From Vicugna vicugna (taxonomy: Eukaryota), in the NCBI GenBank assembly GCA_013265495.1, contig MU057454.1, positions 1 through 51,728 of the forward strand: a stretch of 51,728 nucleotides of DNA, written 5' to 3'. Positions 38,389 through 49,019 of the stretch are shown here, one piece after another. Position numbers and translations under genes: made by a program. Each line of letters starts with the position of its first letter. Position 1 is the stretch's first letter. The notes under the pieces are model-generated. The model saw nothing but the letters and a program-made list of their open reading frames with translations. It searched no databases and had not been told where the DNA came from.

Positions 38389-40197
38389 GAACCAACATGA
38401 ACATGAACCACAGGCTGCCTGCTGTGCTGGCATGAAGTCCTTTGTCTCTGATCCTGGGGGAGTGTCCTGTCTTCTGGCAGCATCCACAAACTACCTCATG
38501 CTAACTTGGCAGCTTGCAGAGGGTTAAATCTTATCCCTGCACAGTTCTTGATATTTAGTTAATAAAAATGATGGTGTCATCATGGGTATTTTTCCATCTT
38601 TTAAATACACTTCAGTCTTCTAATCGAGAGACCGTGTAAATAGTTTTCAATCTTCATAATAAATAACTGATTTTATCTGGTTACTTAAATTATGAATAAT
38701 AATATTCACATTTGCAAAAGTTATTAAAATCAACATTGTTTAATGAAAATATCATTTCTTTTCGCACGAACATATATTAACTACAAGAAATGTTCCATGC
38801 TTTGTTCTACGATTTACTGTTAGAGCCTTAAAGAATAATATTTTCCTCAAAAGATATTACGGCGAAGGGATTTCTTTTGGTGGAACAGTTCCGGCATCAA
38901 ATCTGGTGCATGGCTCAGGCCACTGGGAACATAGAGATGATAGAAATTAGGAGGCATTATAAACACAGAATCACTTTTAAAGGAATTAAAAAAACTGGAT
39001 GTGTGAAAACAAAGAATCACAGAATATTCTGGTGAAATAAATGTATTTTTCAGCTTAAGCAAGACACAGGGTGAATAAATCTAAAATGAAAAAAACCACC
39101 CACAGATTAACAGCGAGTCATGCATGCAGTGTGAATGATCAAAACCAAGTTGTTTCCAAATCAGTGTGCAGGCTTGATGCCTTCATGAATCAAATCTGTG
39201 TGGCAACAGGCCACCTCGAATACATGTTGATGAGGTATACATAAGCCCTTCACCATCCCAAATCAAAGCCCACACACGAGCCACAAGACCATCACCTACA
39301 CATTTGCAAAACACACAGCATGGTGAATAGCACTTTTCTTGTTCAGTAGCCGGTGGCAGGGAACTGTGAGCAGACAGAGATACAGGGACACAGAGGCACC
39401 TCCCCTCACTCAGCTGATAAACTTCCGTGCATTCCTGGGGACAGGATTGTCATAAAATGCACCATGGATTGATCCTCCTCCTCAGAAAGGAACAGTAGGG
39501 CTGTCCTCAGGTTTGAGCAAGGGTGGCCGGAGGATCTCAGAAGAGCTGTTTCAGCACAACCAATAGAATTGTCGGCCACTGTGACCACGAGAGACAAGTC
39601 TCCTGCCATCCAGGTAGGCACTTGGGCTCCTGACAAAAGCTGGGCTCAGTAAAGGGTTGAGTAGAAGGCACACACCTGAGGGATGCCCCAGCAAGAGACA
39701 GGAGGTAGGGCCTGGTTTATACTGCTCTGGGTGTATCCCAGCCTCATCCGAATACAAAATCAGAAATTTGCAAAACAGCAGAGCTGGGATGGATCATCTA
39801 CTCCAGACTCCTCACCTTACAGTTAAAAGGGTGGCAGCTCTGACAGGCAAAGCAACGTGCTAAAGGCAGAGCATGGAAGTGGCAGCGCCATATGAAACGC
39901 ACCGTGCCAACCCCCGTTCAAGGGAGCTGACACTGAGGACGAGGCCAAGGTTTCCAACGAGGAGAATGAGACAATGTAAATACTGTGTTCCCCCCAAAAC
40001 CCCAAATGTTTTTTAAAGGCAGAAAAATTCACCTTAACTAGCTCTCTTCTGAGGGGGCTCTCTTCTGTCTCCGTCTTTCTGTCTGTCTCCATTTCTCTCT
40101 CTCAGATACAAACACATACAATTTTGTGAAAGGTTACTTCCTGCCATACAAAGACAGAATTCACATCTTCAGAAAGACACTTGACAAATCACGTTTC

Positions 40198-40587
40198 TCA
40201 ATTCAATTCTTTGTGTGAGGTCTGGGCAACTGGCTTATTTTCTAGAACAATCGGTGTTTCCAAAATCAGGAGACCATCTCTTCCAAAGGAAGGGTTCTGG
40301 TCCGTGTTGATGAAGTTGGGGATGTCACATTTCATGAGCCTGTTCGGCTCCTCCTCTGGCCACCGGCTGCATCTGAAGGTTTCCTTGAGCCGAATATCAC
40401 TGTCAAGGGCAATGGTTGAGATACCAGCTTTGGCCTTGTCCAAGTGATCCACTTCATTCACGTAGCAGTGAAAGAGGGACTTAGATTCGTCATTGCCCTG
40501 CCAGAGAACACCTTGGGCACCAGCAATCTTCCAAAGTCTGACACAAATCTGTTCAGTCTGAATCTGTTCTCGGGAGACTCTGCATTG
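40198..40587 (-). pseudogene. MRAP2: MRAP2-like terminal coding exon with 1-nt frameshift (diverged paralog or pseudogene)
   Basis: The acceptor is ttttattttggttttctttatag| at 40588. In phase 2 the exon reads NAESPENRFRLNRFVSDFGRLLVPKVFS. After a 1-nt deletion near 40502 it reads QGNDESKSLFHCYVNEVDHLDKAKA...LMKCDIPNFINTDQNPSFGRDGLLILETPIVLENKPVAQTSHKELN* (TGA 40198-40200). This matches the recalled MRAP2 last exon (NAESSEKRFRMNSFVSDFGRP...LMKFDIPNFVNTDQN...QTSHKDLD). I did not find the upstream transmembrane exon in the window. Confidence 0.92.
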
Positions 40588-40821
40588 CTATAAAGAAAAC
40601 CAAAATAAAATATCGCTCACACTCTAGCTCGGTGACCTGAAGAATCATAGTTTTTGCCATCTACTGAGTGCAAGTCCCTGCACAGAGCATGCTGACAAGC
40701 ACTGGAAGTGAGAGACATCACTTCTGAACACATACAAATAAACCCAAGGCAAAAGTGAGGGCCCCTGGACCATCCTGAAAAGACATCACTCCCTGAGAAC
40801 CAATATTGGTGCCTCGCACAC

Positions 40822-40995
40822 CAGTGTTTCTCAGTGGGACACTCAGATCATCTTCATAAGAATTAGTTTAAGCGCTTCTTAAAATGCAGAATTCTGGGGT
40901 GCACACCCTCAAGGTCTCCAGAGGTAGGGACCGGTAGTCTGCATTTTCATAGCCACCAAGATCACTAAACACGCTCAGATTTAGCACCGCGGTCT
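40822..40995. mobile_element. MER5-like hAT MITE
   Basis: cagtgtttctca...cttaaaatgcagaattctgggg...tctgcatttt. Confidence 0.7.
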
Positions 40996-42389
40996 ACATC
41001 GGGTCACCTGAGCATCGACAATGCTGTCTCACGGGGTTGGGGTGTTGCCATGTGTGTCAGGGTGCTGTCCAACCCACGTGTCTCCTCTGATTCTCAGAAC
41101 TGACAGTGCAGCCCCATTGGGCAAGAAATACCACCATTTCACAATACATATGCAGGGCGCCCAACTGACAGATACAATCAGTGATAGGAGAGGGGACAAA
41201 ACTCAGCTTCTTGATACCTTGTTTCACTTACTGTGGGACAAATGATCAACTCAAGTGTAATAAAGCAGTGAATGAGTGAATAACATGACTCTCGTTAGTC
41301 CCACGAGTGCCTGGAAGAGCGAGCCTGGGCACACTGAGAACCATAACAGCCCATCTAATTTATTGCCATCCTCCCCAGATCTCTGTAAAGTTTATTTCCA
41401 CCCAGGCAGTGAATCCTGAAGGGCAAGAATCATGTCTGAACACAGTCTAAAATTCAGAACAGAACCTGACAACAATTAGGCTCTGGAGTCTGTGTAAAGC
41501 GAGTGTGGAATCTCAGTGATTCCAGCTGTTACATCTTGCCTTCCCATCCCACCCTTCACGATATGGCCCTTATGATCAGTTCTCCCGGGGCTGGGGCCAC
41601 GGAATGCATTTACAGGATTGGAAGAATCTGATCATGTAAACCATCCCACAGATTATAATCAAGAGTCACCTGCATTTCAGGGATCAGTAATCCCAGAAGC
41701 TTTGCAGTTCAGGCAGCTGAGGGAGTTTTATATCAGCTCTGTCTTCTACTGTGACTGCCTGGGTGACATCAGACAAGGAATTCTCAAAAGCCTGAGCTTT
41801 TCCTTTCAGAGAGCTTTTCCGGAATAATCTAATTAACGAATCTCATTGACCACTCAACAAATGTGATGTGAAGATCAATGATTTACACAGGAGTACAACA
41901 TTCACTAAGTAGTGGATTTAGAATCAGAGAAAAATCATATGAGAAAGATTGACAGAATGTAGCTTTAATGCGAATTTAAGTTTTCTTAACTTTCAGTAAA
42001 TCATCTTCCCCTACTTATCACTTCACCCAAGTTTAAAAGATGTTTGAGAACAGAGATGAGTGTGCCAGGAATCTGTGACCCAATAAATGTCACCTAGGAA
42101 AAAGAGGGGAGTAACACATTTTTAAAAAGCATAGTGAGGATGGCGGGGCCATCCCCCAACTCCAGACTAAGAAGCTCTGAGTAATAGCTTTCCTACCTGC
42201 CTGGGGCATCAGCTGATGTGAAAACCCACCCAGAAACCTCACTGTCCAGCAGGTCTTCCATAACACAGGCTACAATTTCTCAGAATTAACAATTGCGTCC
42301 AGTAACCACTTCGCTGAAGAATAAACACAAAGGAGAACAAGAGAGTTCTGCCCCTCCCAAGGGGAGAGCCCAGACTTTGGGCTGCATGC

Positions 42390-44320
42390 ACTGCGCCCAC
42401 CTCTCAGGAGAAGAATAAACTGGAGAAGGGCGTTCTGCAAAACTGGGGCAGCAAAGGTTGAGATGGGAACAAATTGACCAGCTGTCCTGGGATAGCCCCC
42501 TTTGTCACTGCCTTGGCAGCTGCCTCTGCCGCCTCAGCACATCCTGCCCACCTCCAGTGGCTAAGCTGTCAGGGAAACTGTGCTTTGCGACCTGGGGCAA
42601 CAGAGGCTGCCCCAGGCCAAGCTGCGGGGGAGATGGGAGCTAAACCACCAGCTCCCAAGCAGCAGGGTCCATACCCCCGCCAACACCCCGCTGCCCCCGC
42701 AACCTACCGCACCCCCGGGGCAATATGACCCGGAGAAGGGTGACCTGGGAACGAGGGGCAGCAGAGGCCGCCCCCACGTCAGGCCTCCAGAGAGATGGGA
42801 GCTTATCCTCCAGCTCGCCAGGGGCAGCCCCCTTCTCCTATCTACCCCCTGATGTCACCGCGCCCACCTCCCAGGAGCAACCTGACCTGGTGTGGGGTGT
42901 CAGGCGAATCTTGGGCGGGAGGGGCCGTCCCCAGGCCAGGTCAGGGGAGAAGAGAAGAAGTGGCCCCATTAGGAGGGGCAGCCAGACGTCGCAGCTGCCT
43001 CTGCCCCTCGACCGCATCGCGCCCGCCTCCCAGGAGCAAGCTGATCTGGAGACGGCCATCCGGCTTCTTTGGCAGCAGAGGACTCCCCCAGGATTGGCCC
43101 TGGGGAAGATTGGAGCAAATTGACAGGCTCCGCACTGCAGGTCCTCTACCCCCGCGGTCGCCACCCCCGCACTTTAAAGGCACCGCCCAGGGCGCCCCTC
43201 CCTCAGCAGGCTGAATGGGACAGGTGTGTCTGGCGATCTGGGGCAGGAGAGGCCACTCCCACACCAGGCCATCGGGGAGACGGGAGCCAATCCACCAGCT
43301 CCCCAAGGCAGCACCCTACCCCCCGCAGCAGCCACCACTCTTGCCGATGACCACACAGTGGCCTCCTCTAGGGAGCAGGCTGACCTGGAGATGGACGTCC
43401 GGCGAACTTGGGACAACAGGGACCGACCCCAGGGCAAACCATGGGGGGAAATGGGAGCAAATGGACCCGCTCAATGGGAAAACCTGCCGCTGCTGCCACC
43501 ACCCCCAACGTACCACGCCCGCCTCCCGAGCCACCCCTCCACCCTGACTACCCTGCCTCCCGCCCCCAGCAGACAAAGTGGGACAGGGGTGTCCCGGGAC
43601 CTGGCGCAGCAGAGGCCGCCTGCAGGCCACACAGCACAGACAAGGGAGCTAATCCACAAGCTCTCCCGGGGCCGCCTCCCTATCCCAGCAGCCACCACCT
43701 TACCAGCCCCCTGACCGCACCACACCCATCTCCAAGGAGCAAGCTCACCTGGAGTCAGACCTCAGGCAAATCTCCAGCGGCAGAGGGGCGCCCCCAGGCC
43801 AGGCCGCGGGGGAGAGAAGAAATGGAGCAGCTCCCTGGAACGGACCCCCTCCCCCTGCCGCCGCTGCCCCCGCCTCCCAGGAGCAAGGTCACCTGGAGAC
43901 CAGCGTCCCGCCTCTAGGGCAGCAGAGGCCACTCCCAGGCTCCGCCGCGGGGGAGAGCGGGGAGAATTGACCGGCTTCCCCGAGGCAGCCACCCTATCCC
44001 TGTGGGCCCCGCACCTTAACGACACCGCCTCCACTCCGCACTCAGCAAGCTGAATGGGACAGGCGTGTCCGGCCACCTGGGGCAGCACAGGCCACTCCCA
44101 GGCCAGGCAGCCGGGACAAGGCAGCTATTCCACCAGTTCCTCAGGGGCAGCCCCGCTCCGCCCCCCTGCCACTGCCGCCGCCCACTGACCTAACCTCCCC
44201 ACCTCCCAGGAGCAAGCTTACCTGGAGTCCAACATCTAGCGAATCTCTGGCGGCCAAGGCCCCCCCAGGCCAGGCTGCAGGGAAGAGAAGAAATCGACCG
44301 GCTTGCGGGCAGCCTCCCAC

Positions 44321-44352
<32 letters not shown>

Positions 44353-44400
44353 CCAAACCATTCCACCAGCCTCCCAGGGTCAGGCTGACTGCGAGGATGT
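42390..44400. repeat. GC-rich diverged tandem array, about 13 units of ~164 bp, CpG-island-like
   Basis: The anchor cctcccaggagcaagctgacctggag (or the variant cagcaagctgaatgggacagg) recurs at about 42400, 42551, 42712, 42867, 43026, 43197, 43365, 43560, 43729, 43873, 44035, 44202 and 44370. Each anchor is followed by ggcagcagaggccgcccccaggccagg, gggagcNaatt/ccaccagctc and a C-rich spacer. Confidence 0.9.
44321..44352 (+). repeat. (CCG)n trinucleotide tract
   Basis: ccgccgccaccaccgccgccgccgccgccgcc. Confidence 0.9.
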
Positions 44401-44618
44401 GCACCTGCCTTCTGATCCTACCCAAGTGCCTGAGCACCTCCCTGCACCCCTACACTCCCTGCACCTCTACACCCCTGCCACTCTCTGCACTTCTGCACTG
44501 CCTGCACTTCTGCACCCCTGCACCCCGCATCCCCTGAACTACCTGCTCCCTCCACAGCCCCTGCACCCCTGTCACCAGTTACACTTTTGCACTGCCTACA
44601 CTTCTGCACCCCTGCATG
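44399..44618 (+). repeat. Degenerate 8-bp minisatellite (ctgcaccc)n
   Basis: Repeated ctgcaccc, ctgcactt and ctacactc units directly after the 164-bp array. Confidence 0.85.
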
Positions 44619-47600
44619 TCCCACAAACCACTTCTTGGGCCTGTGGCAGAGTCTCTGCTGTTAGACCAATGCCCAGGAACTCACATCTTTGCCAGTATAT
44701 GATGCATCAGTGGACGTCTGGGGTTGGCTGCAGGAAGGTACATGTTCCCGGTCACTAGCCTGGGCCGCTAGAGTGATCTCTGTGAGGTCACCGAGGACGG
44801 GCTCAGAGATGATGTTTTCCGGGAAGAGAGGAGTTGAAACCGGTCTTGAGGGTAGAGCTGTGCTCACCAGGCCATCCACGCTTCATGTTTTACACAAGGC
44901 TTCGGAGAATTGAAATGGATCCAGCCAAGTAAGACCAGCCTGCTGTGCGCCCACCTCAGTCCTGGGCTCTGAGGCAGACCGACTGGCTCCCACCGTCAGG
45001 ACCCAGTTTGGGCACCTGAATGGTCCCTTGTAGGCATCCTATCACTTCTCAGGAAGAAGTCTGGCTGCTTCCACCCCATGGTCCTCCCTCCCACTGTGCT
45101 GGCCTCAAGAAGATTCCTTATTTGGGGAAGAAGACAGCCCACCCCCTACCCCACCCCTCACCTTTCTCTATCCCAGGCTGGTGCTTTCTCTGCCCATCAG
45201 AGTCTGGAAAGCCATTCCTCTTCAGTTTTGTCCCTTCTGAGATGGACTTGCTTCCACTCAATTCTAGGCGAGGATGCACCATGGAATGCACTGGGTAAGA
45301 GAACCAAAATAAATAGTTTCTTCTGTGAGGTTTTCTGTTTATCTACTGGGGCTGGGCTGTGTGTAGTTTGCTACAGCTATTCATGCGAGAGGCTAAAGCC
45401 GCCTGTGTGTCCTTGTTTTCATCTCCCCGCTACCTTTGGGTTTTCTCTAGACACTCCTGAGACATTTATTTCTTTTAATTTTATTCCTGTTATTACACAG
45501 AGGCCCTACTGTCATGGAGGCAAGGTGTTGGGAGAGCGGGACAGAGCAGGGCATCTGCAGTCCTGTGAGTAGTTCTCATTGAGCCTGTGCCCTGAGCTGT
45601 GACCTCCACAAGTGTGTCTCTTTCCCCCCACCCCAATTTGGGTGACATAGAAGGGATTTCCCTTCTCCCAGGTTGTTTAGGCTCTGGTAAAATAATTTCT
45701 CATTAAAAAAAAACAAACAAATAACAACTTCCCCCCAATGAAACAGAATGTTCTGGGTGTATTTCAATAGAGCTATTTTCTCCTTTCCAGGCAGGAAGCA
45801 TGAGGAGTTTTTCTCTGACCTTCATTCTGAGAACAGGACACGGTCCTGGATTTAAAATGCATGAAAAAGAGCATGGGGCCCCTTTGACTGGCCCCCTGTA
45901 GTTGTCACACTCAGACTTCCCCAAGCTGAGCCTCCTGCTGGCCTCATGGACCTGTTAAATCTCCCTGCCCCCGGGGTTCTTACAAAAGCGGGTTCTGCCC
46001 TGGGAACTGTGACTCTCCAAGCCTGCTCAGCTGCCTCTCTGGTTTGGGAGCAGCTTTTCCCCTCAGTTTTCTGGGATCTAAGAAGAGCAGTGGGTTTGCA
46101 GCTCCCTCAGTTCTGGTGTTGTTTTCAGGACAGAAGGAGCAATTTCTCAGCTCCACACGAGCTGGACCAGAGGCTGAAATCCTCCCTTCCTCTGCCTCCG
46201 TGCAATCAGTGGCTGTGGTTCTAGCTGAGTTTCTAAAGATGCGGATTTAGAAACACACATCCCAGCCCCTTAAGGAGCATACAGTCCCATAAATCACCCC
46301 AGTTTCCACTGGTAATTACGGAGCCGATGAGGACACGGGTTTCGGGACCACAGAGGCCTGACTGCACGACTTGCTCCGTGGCATTAACGTGGTTGCTCTG
46401 GGCCTTGTCTGAAGTGGCTTGCTTACCGCACCTGGTATGTGGGAAACACAAAATAAGTACTAGAACCTTCACTTTTTCTCCCTCCAGGGCCTTCAAACAT
46501 AGGAAGTAATAAGAGAACTCAGATGGCCTAGTCACCACAATGAGGTCCGACCAGCCTGGCTCTCCTGAGTGATGGGCACTGACTTGCACCTTAACTCGGA
46601 ATAGTAGGGGACCCGCCTTCCTCTAACTGGGCATCTCCGCACAGCGGGCACGCCCTCGGCTGAGACGGGGCCAGCTCCCCCTTTGAGGTGTGTGCTAGTG
46701 GCTTCAGTGTGACCTGGCCCTGCCGGGACGTGAACCTGCAGTGAGAGAGGTGGAGGGTCGGATGGAGGGGGGTCCCTTCTGGGGTGGCAGGGGGCCCGGT
46801 AGCACCCAGCCCGTCCTGGTGCCTGGGGCTCCCTAACACCTCCTACAGCTCCTGGGTTGGCTCCGGTACTGGCCACTCCACACACCCTCCCAGTATCTTT
46901 TCATTAAGCCCCTTTTTCGCTTTTATCAGCGAGAAGTGGCTTCTGTTGCTTGTTCAGTGAAATAGTGCATCGGGAAACCAGACTATTTCTAACATCAGTA
47001 AAATACTAACCTCGGTCAGCTCGCCGGGCAGACCGCGCAGCACAGAGGCCTGCACAGGGCTGTGCGAACGGCTTATGTGAAGGGCCCTCATCATCTGTCT
47101 TCAGAGATACAGAAGCTGGTGGTTCAGGTAAAACCTCAGGGAGGGATTGAGGAACCCAAAGCTGGTTGGTTTCAAAGGCTAACTGGTCAGACCAGACCCC
47201 TGAGCTGTGGTCAGAAGCCTAGCTCAACATCCCGCAGACTCAGCGCCCTAAGTGCCGGGTGGGGCCGGTGCTGTTCCCTTTGCAGGCTCTCGTTGGGGAT
47301 TCACTGTAGCCCCTTAAATGCAGCAGAGATTCCAGCCCCAAAAACCTGAGTGTTCATGACACAAATCCCGGGAGTGTTTAATTTGCATCTTTGTTTAGGA
47401 GGATGAAGGAGGGGCAAGAGGAGACATAAATTCATACTGACTGACACATGGTCAGTCAGTACGTCCTCCACGGAGAGCTATGTGCTCCCACAGTGGTGGC
47501 TGGGGGCTGAACAGAGACCCTCTGCTGGTCCCAGAGGTACTCGCTCCTCTGGCCACAACTGATGGGTTGGACAACAGATCCAGAGGGAGGCAGAGCATCT

Positions 47601-49019
47601 TTCCTTGGAATTTGGAACTGACATACAGAAATCATGTTCACTCATCTGGGGATGGCGGAGGGGAGGGGCGGTGTTTGGAAATCAAATGAAACCAGAGCAT
47701 GAGAGAAAGTTAGAAGTGAAAGAGCGAGAGACACAGAGACTGAGCTTGTGAGAGCAAATAGTCAGAAAGAAGGCAAACAATCAGGGGACAGAGGAATTCC
47801 AGCTCCTGACTGTCTAGTCTGTCCCAGCCCATCAATGACCCCGCGGGATGCTTAATAACATTCCAGTTTTGCAGATTAGGAAACAGGCTACAGGCTGAAA
47901 GGGGGCTGGATTTGGGTGCACAGTTAATTCAAGTGCCACTGGACCCCTCACTTCCCATTGCCTGAAGGCACCCTAATCCACACTGGGACTCCTGCGGTCC
48001 CCTGACAGTCCAGCACCCTGATCAAAGGGCCCCTGCGGGAGTGGGAACCCCTCTGAGTGTGGACAGTTCCCTGCTCCGAGATGCCATGCATCAGCAGGCT
48101 CCCGCTCACCACAGGTTAACATCACCCCAGCTGTGCAGTCTCCCGACCCGCTTCCCTTCCTGCCAGGCACCCCCGTCCTTCCCACCGAGTGTACTGCAGG
48201 GATTTAGGCACAGGGATGCCCAAATCAACACGAGCCCACCGGCTGTACAAACAGCAGACTCCCAGCCCCACCTGGGTTCCGAGGGGACAGTAGGCGTCCT
48301 TAACTTTCATGTGTCTAAGACAATTTTCTTCTTCAGCTGGAGGTTATAGAGAAAAATAAAAGGTCCAAAACATAGTTCGGTGAGGAATTCCTCCATGGAC
48401 CTGACTCCAGAAACTACAACCAGGTGTACCTAACCCCCAGACTTGGGGTGAAGGTGGATTATTGATCAGCACAACCCCTGGTGGCCCAGCTCCTCGGCTT
48501 GGCTGCCCAGAGGGGGCTGGGGGAATGGGTAAGGCCAGGGCACTCAGGAAAAGCACAGAGGATCTGACCTCTCCCCTCTGCACTCGTAAACCCTTCCCCA
48601 AATCTCAAGGAATCGGACAGAGAGCCGCCACAACAATAAGGAGATGCTCCCATCTCTTCACTCAGTCCTGTCGGTTCACTTACATGCTGAGCATCCACTG
48701 GGTCCCAGGACATGACACATAGGATGGCTGATGGGACAGGCTTGGTCCTTCCCCCTGGAACCTGTTCAATCTGATCAAAGAATGATCACTCATAAAGAGT
48801 TTCTCAAAATTATACAGAGACCAAAGACCAACTGCAGAGTGAACCAAATTTAAAAATATATATGAAGATCCCCCAGTCTCCCCGCCTAAGGTTAACAGCA
48901 TAAAGCAAAAAATTCTTGCCTTTAATCACCAGGGAAGTTGTCACCCCCTCTCAGGTGGAAAGGAGAGTTATTCTTTGAGCACGTCACAGAAGTGCTCCAT
49001 CGGATTGGACCAGGGCATC

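Noticed and set aside
39406..39636. 76-aa minus-strand ORF downstream of the MRAP2-like stop
   Set aside because: No recognisable homology or clear splice signals. It is most likely 3'UTR-derived sequence.
43031..43080. QEQADLETAIRL resembles a ubiquitin-interacting motif
   Set aside because: Only one unit has the key Ala, and the conserved Ser would need a frameshift. The other units do not fit.
42390..44400. CRISPR-like array or L1 5'UTR monomer array
   Set aside because: The context is eukaryotic and units are homologous along their whole length, with no unique spacers. No L1 ORF1 is adjacent in either direction.
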